Shown in pieces: positions 56,639-64,000 of a DNA stretch of 64,000 nt. This DNA comes from Trichoplax sp. H2 (Eukaryota). The stretch's first letter is position 1; each line of letters opens with the position of its first letter. The stretch spans positions 1-64,000 of the forward strand of contig NOWV01000103.1 of NCBI GenBank assembly GCA_003344405.1. The letters are read 5' to 3'. The position numbers and the translations under genes were made by a program. The notes below the pieces were generated by a model. The model was not told the origin of the DNA. It saw only the letters and a program-made list of their open reading frames with translations, and made no database searches.

Positions 56639-58809
56639 TTACAGTTTAAGAGATGCGGCGGTCAACTTTCTCTTAACACTTGTTCTCTTAGCAGTTCTAC
56701 CTTCAACATCTCGCTTGGCTTCTTTTTGTAATTTATCAAAAAAGGTAGTTGATGACAGTGTCTTTCTACTTTTACTACTATTTCGATCATCAACAATACT
56801 AACACTATTTAAACCGCCTTCTTTTTTCAAGCGTTGTATAGCTTCCTTTTTATCGTGTTTACTACCACGGCCAATATTCACTTTTGCTAAAGACTTGTTT
56901 TTCTGACTCATTTCTTTAAATCTTAATTTTTTACTTTTCTTTCTCAATTTTCTTTCTCGTAATTTATCAGTGGTAGTTTTCTCACTTTCTCCCTTCAATT
57001 CCGATCTAGACTTTGCTTTGACTTCTTCAGGTGCTAATAAAGCTGCATCGCTAACGCTTACTGGTGCAACCTCTTCCATACTTATAGCAGGTGCATTAAC
57101 AACCACTTCAATCTCTTTCTTTGGCTGTTGATTCAATAATTGACAAAAAAATACAATTACTTACTGTTCGTAAGGAAAATCATACGTGTTTGTTCATTTG
57201 CTTAACAAAACAGTAGCAGAGTAATAAAAGTATTCCATGCAAATGTAATATTTCAAGAAAAAATCAACTTTAAACGTATCTATAGTGATACCGATGTAAG
57301 CAAGCAAAGCATACTTACCGGCTTAGGGGTAAAATGAAAATTGGATAAGGCATCTAATTTCGCAAACAAACTCTTCATTAATTCTTTGCCTTCAGTAATT
57401 TCCGGCTTCTCTTGTACTTTAACACCTTGTGTTTGTTTAAGATATTCCTTTTCGTAAATTTCACTTAAACTCAATTTACTCTTTTCATGATCCAATTCAA
57501 TCCTTTTTCTATATTCAAAAGGTTGCTCCATCGGTTTTTCTTTACGTTGGACATCATCCCATGCTTCATCTTTAATTCTTTGCTTTATAACATCTTCCAA
57601 AGTCAACGACTTCTCTTCTGTTATCACAGGAGTTTTATTGGCTGCAATATCAAAAATTAAGTCTTCCTCCAGTAAACTATTTGCTGGTCGTTGACGAGCT
57701 GATACTTCGCCATGCAACTGCCAAGGTTTATCCATTAAACTAGCTTCTTCGTAATCTGATATGACAGCTTTCAATTGATCTTGACGCTTTTGATGCATAG
57801 AAAGTTTCTCATTTTCCTTCTCGTCCGACGCATCATCATATTGGATATCACTGTTATCATCATCATCATCATCGCCAAAAGTGGCGTTTAAACTTAAATC
57901 AACTTCATCTTCAAAGTCATTATCATCTTGGGAATCCGATAGGTTATGATCGATATCCTTTAATTGCATGCTGGCTCCTTTACTTTTCTTACCAATAGAG
58001 CTTTCTTCATCCGGTGGTGGATCAAAAAAATCCTCATATTTGATTTCTTTCTTATTTTTGTCACTACTCGTCTTACTTTTACCGACCAACTTTGCAGTTT
58101 GGCGTATAGCCTGTTCCCAGTCTTGATCGTCCTCGCTGTCCACATCAGCGAACATATCTATATCATCATCGTCATCAGCATCATCTTGGAGATGATTTTG
58201 AGTTTGATCATTGATCTTTTGCTCTTCTAATTGTAAAAATTGATTCATTTGATCTAATTTAAAGAACTGATCATCGACCGCGCTCTTCTTTTTCAATTTA
58301 TTTCCCTTTTTGCTCTTTGTGACTGAGCTCTCCAGGGTGTTTGGACTATCGATATCAAATCGTACCCTTTTGGATTTCTCTGCATTATCATTATCATGAT
58401 CCATGGATTCTTCATCCTCGACGTCACTATCGGCCGAATTTCCTTGACTATTCATCTCTGGTGGGTCATCATTGGCAAGCATTAATCGCCAGTTACGATC
58501 TTGCGATAATCTCTTTAAATTCTTGGTTAAAATTTTGAATAAAGGCTGATTTTGTAATTGTAATTCTTGCCAAATCTGCTCATGAGTAAAGTTGTCAATG
58601 ATCAACTCCTTTAAAGGTGATAATTTATCTTTATCGATTTCATTTTGCTTGATAAAATCGAATAATGCTTTGGTACATTGCAATAACTTGGCATTGGTAT
58701 TGATATCATGATTAATAAAGACAGTTTTATCGTCAACAACTTGATTAAAGGATTGTAAAATACTTGTAATATCGGCCATCTCTGTTGTACGTGTTGTCAT
58801 TTTGCTCAT
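56639..58809 (-). CDS. MPHOSPH10: U3 snoRNP protein MPP10, two coding exons (58809-57319, 57124-56639)
   Basis: EQIWQELQLQN, DDQFFKLDQMNQFL, YEDFFDPP, KPWQLHGEVSARQRPANSLLEEDL, LDALSNFHFTPKP|PKKEIEVVVNAPAISMEEVAP. GT-AG intron 57318-57125. Confidence 0.97.
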
Positions 58810-59236
58810 TCTACATGTTTATCCTGCACACTATCCCAACTTTGCAATATTATTCTCCTTTATTTACAGCTCCATTAAGCAAAACGACATTGCAAATTGA
58901 CACTATTCGATCATGTGTATCATTGCGTTAACCGTCGATTTAATTTCAATATGTTCTACCTGTCCAATACAATCCTTTTGGCCTTTTAACGTCCTTGATT
59001 GCAAATAACCAACACTCTTTCCCTGCAATGAGCTAAAATAGGATTGAAGATGCTGGAGCAGCTCTGCTGTGTTGAGGCTTTGATCAAACCGATCGCTATG
59101 CAATCGTCTACTCCTACCAGAGTAGGTGTACTTTCATACAAGTCCCTGAACAAGATGATTGTTTCCAGCGCTGGTATAGACTGTCCAGTTGTGTATGCGC
59201 TGAACCATGTGCCTGACCTACTAGCCGTGTGTAAAA

Positions 59237-60160
59237 TAGATGTCGCAAAAATAACACACTCGCCATGTCAAGTCTTTATGCTATAGCTGCCATGGTCGCC
59301 TTCACTGCCCCGACATCTGTTTTACACCGTTACTGTACACTATGCTGTACATCACCACTGGGACGCACAACCTGTCATCCGATCTCACATGGCTGACGTG
59401 AAGATGAGAGTCACCCATGAGACATACAGTACAATTCTGTACAGTGTACAGTTCCGTCATACAGTACTAAAAAGTACTGTACACTGTACACCACAGCAAT
59501 GGACGGGTCACTTCGCCCAGCCACGGACTACGGGGGTGTAGATGTCGCAAAAATAACACACTCGCCATGTCAAGTCTTTATGCTATAGCTGCAATGGTCG
59601 CCTTTAATACTGCCCCAACATGTGTTTTACACCGTTACTCTACACTATGCTGTACATCACCACTGGGACATACAACCTGTCATCTCACCATGATCCGATC
59701 TCACATGGCTGACGTGAAGATGAGAGTCACCCATGAGACATACTGTACACTGTACAGTACAGTACAATTCTGTACAGTGTACAGTTCCGTCATACAGTAC
59801 TAAAAAGTACTGTACACTGTACACCACAGCAATGGACGCGTCACTTCGCCTAGCCACGGACTACGGGGGTGTAGATGTCGCAAAAATAACACACTCGCCA
59901 TGTCAAGTCTTTATGCTATAGCTGCAGTGGTCGCCTTCACTGCCCCGACATCTGTTTCACACCGTTACTGTACACTATGCAGTACATCATCACCATGATC
60001 CGATCTCACACGGCTGACGTGAAGATGAGAGTCACCATGAGACATAAAGTACAATTCTGTACAGTGTACAGTTCCGTCATACAGTACTAGACAGTACTGT
60101 ACACTGTACACCACAGCAATGGACGCGTCACTTCGCTCAGCCACGGACTACGGGGGTGTA
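59237..60160. repeat. Three ~290-330 bp tandem units between divergent MPHOSPH10 and RPS15
   Basis: TGTCGCAAAAATAACACACTCGCC at 59241, 59543 and 59876. Each unit ends CCACGGACTACGGGGGTGTA. Units differ by small indels. Confidence 0.95.
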
Positions 60161-60750
60161 ATGTACCGGCTTGCAGACATACGCTTCACTTGAAATGACC
60201 ACGTTCGCCTGCACAGCGCACACTCGTAGTCGATTGTCTTATTTTGAGTGGCATGCTTCTATGCCACTAGTCAGGTGCTGTTAACATGCAGAATATTGAG
60301 GCTGTCATGGAGTGTGGCTGTGTTTAGCAGCTCCTTTGCCTTGCGATCCTTTCCGTAAGGTCAAGCACAGTATGACAGTGACTATCAGTACACTGGTACT
60401 TTCTTTTTTACAATTTTAAAAATCCAATTTTGACTGAGGGACTGAAAAGTGCGATGAAAGTGACTTCACACTGACTGAATAATACTCGTACAGTATACCA
60501 ATGGACTACTGTACGGTACTGTATTACTCGATGTATCCAGTAGTTCCATCCCTTCCATGACAGTCCTGTGCGTACGAGTGGCTGTCCGTCCCGTACTGTG
60601 CGGGGGAGTTGTAAGACAATTGCTCATAACTGGACCATTGTACCCTGTCGAGTCTTCTTCACAGACACAGTGCGCGTGCTCGGCCAAGACCACACGCGCT
60701 ACGCGATGCCGTCCCGTCCTTTCCGTAGCCGACTGGACGTCGCGCTTGCG

Positions 60751-60790
60751 TATAAGATCAAGTGTTCACCCTGGTGACGGTCCTCTTACC
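60751..60790 (+). promoter_or_regulatory. Putative RPS15 core promoter: TATA-like box plus polypyrimidine (TCT/TOP-like) start
   Basis: TATAAG at 60751 lies about 30 bp upstream of TCCTCTT (60781-60787), which is about 20 nt before the ATG. The preceding ~200 bp are CpG-rich. Confidence 0.5.
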
Positions 60791-60803
60791 ACTCGACTCC
60801 AAA

Positions 60804-62058
<1,255 letters not shown>

Positions 62059-64000
62059 AAATAGCGGAAGAGATAGATTTGCAAGATATGTGCTATAACT
62101 AAGGCTATGATGTTGTAACAATATTCCGTCTTTTCTTGTATAGAATAATAAAAAGACTCTTTCACAACTTACGCTTAGAAACTGATTCTCTAATTTTAGA
62201 TATCATCAAATTATAGATCTTTAAGTAACCTTCTAAGCATCTACGCGATAAAGTACTAGAAATTTATGCAAAATTTTAGTGCCTTGCATTAAGTTAGCTA
62301 CTGTACCTGTAACGATCTTAGCCAATGAACCATTCCTACAATATTGCTCTTTGCAATCCAATCGGTTTCAATTTTGATCCTAACTACTCTATTAAAGCAA
62401 TGAACATCTCAATTTCATTCCCAACCTTAGTTAAAAGCTTTAAAAAGCAACCATTGATTACCAATTTTGGCTAAAGTGTCCAAGGAAGATATCAAAAAAA
62501 TAAGTGGTTAACTAAATTGTGATAGTAATACGTAAGCTTTGTACTAGTAAATGAATATACATTGTGTCGAACATTCATATACTGTATTATAATAATTAAA
62601 AGTAAACAGGATAGAATGGACCACTGTATCCCAGCACCAAAACCATTTCTCCAAAGTAATACTACGAATCGATGTTGAAGTACATCTGTGTGTATCGCAT
62701 GAAATCTATCAGTTACATAGGAAGGAACTCTTTGAAAATCGACTTTGACAAACTAGCCATGATCTGTATTCTTTTTAATCTTTAATACGCTCTAAAGGAA
62801 AGTTTTCAATAACTTGTAACTGCATTGCAAACATTGTGCGCATCACTAGTCGCTGGATAGATCTTAACCTGCTTAACGAAAAATGTAGGAGCGTAATTCC
62901 TGCTGAATTTTGAACAAATCTTAACATAGCTACTCCGATACATGAGCGTAAATTCCGTTGAATATTTATGCACTCTCCATTAATGCATCCATTTTAAAGA
63001 TTCTAATCAACACGCAACAGAAATGTATCTTATAAAACCATCTAACTGCAAACTTCGTTGTATTTATTTCATATAAGTTAAACATGATAATTTTTACAAA
63101 TTGTTAAAAAATATGCAATAAATGTATAACTAAAGCATCGAGTTATAGTACATTGATACAAATTATTACATCTTGCAGAAACGTTATTTACATACGAGTT
63201 GATTATCTTCAGATAAATCGCGATATTTTTAAATTTTCGAGTAGAGAGTAATCGATTATATAATTTTAATCGAAATTTTCATATAAGTTAAACAATAGTG
63301 AATGATTTGATTGCGAGAAATAAAGGAAATTCCATCCGCAAAATAAAGTATAAGCTCTAATATCGGGCTGTATCCGTATTATCAAAACATTACATAGCAA
63401 TTGCCATTATTCTTACATCCTTTACTAACTACGTACTTCGGTATTGCAATTTTATGAAAGTAATCTTAATAAGTATGGCTATATATCTTTAAAGTATAAG
63501 TAAACCATTTAGAAATGGTTATTATACCACTAGTCAAAATGAACCATTAGATGTTCAGTATTACATCACCTATTCATTAGTATTTAACAAGGCATGATAA
63601 TTCTATTTGATAAGTACATTACTCTACTACTAACAATACGTGGAAATAACTCTTATAATATTTATGAAATCATTTTTCCATAAAAAATATTATTAAAATA
63701 ATATTTCAAGCTAACATAAAGGAGTATGTGATGAAAATAGAGGACTCAATAATATAATTGGCAGTCCTTGAAATATCTAATTGCAAAAGGTGAGTACAGC
63801 GATGTAATAATTCGTACTATTTATCTGATCATATTACGGTAAGTGTTGTTACACTATAAAAATTTCGCAAAAACAACTTCAGTCAAAAATTTGACTAATA
63901 TAGATCAACATTACAAATTTCAAAACAATCTTGCGATACTTGTACTTCATCGTTGGTAGCAGAAACGCCAATTAGTTGATCGTAAGAAACCTTTAAATAG

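Noticed and set aside
62560-63000. Partially open minus-strand frames after RPS15
   Set aside because: Interrupted by stops, with no recognisable domain or splice chain.

Overview
AT-rich, gene-dense eukaryotic (animal) genomic DNA with short spliceosomal introns. The style fits a compact early-branching metazoan such as a placozoan, but I cannot confirm the organism from sequence alone. I spliced nine protein-coding genes by hand: KHDC4/BLOM7 (+), WDR41 (-), PIK3C3/Vps34 (-), an SHC-family PTB-SH2 adaptor (+), a FAM219-family CaaX protein (-), DENND4 (-), NDUFS7 (+), MPHOSPH10 (-) and RPS15 (+). The most notable signals are not in the ORF track. These are two intronic box H/ACA guide RNAs, each in an enlarged 317-318 nt intron. 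One is a SCARNA4-like scaRNA in KHDC4 with pockets complementary to the U2 snRNA branch-recognition region. The other, in NDUFS7, has a SNORA70-like 5' hairpin and a 3' hairpin predicted to target a nearby 18S site. Also present: a candidate U12-type intron in WDR41, a GC-AG intron in PIK3C3, three tandem arrays near gene 5' ends, a double-CRE palindrome upstream of SHC, and a hairpin cluster upstream of NDUFS7. No prokaryotic systems, CRISPR arrays, tRNA, rRNA or intact transposons were seen. All homology calls rest on recalled protein and RNA motifs, not on database searches.
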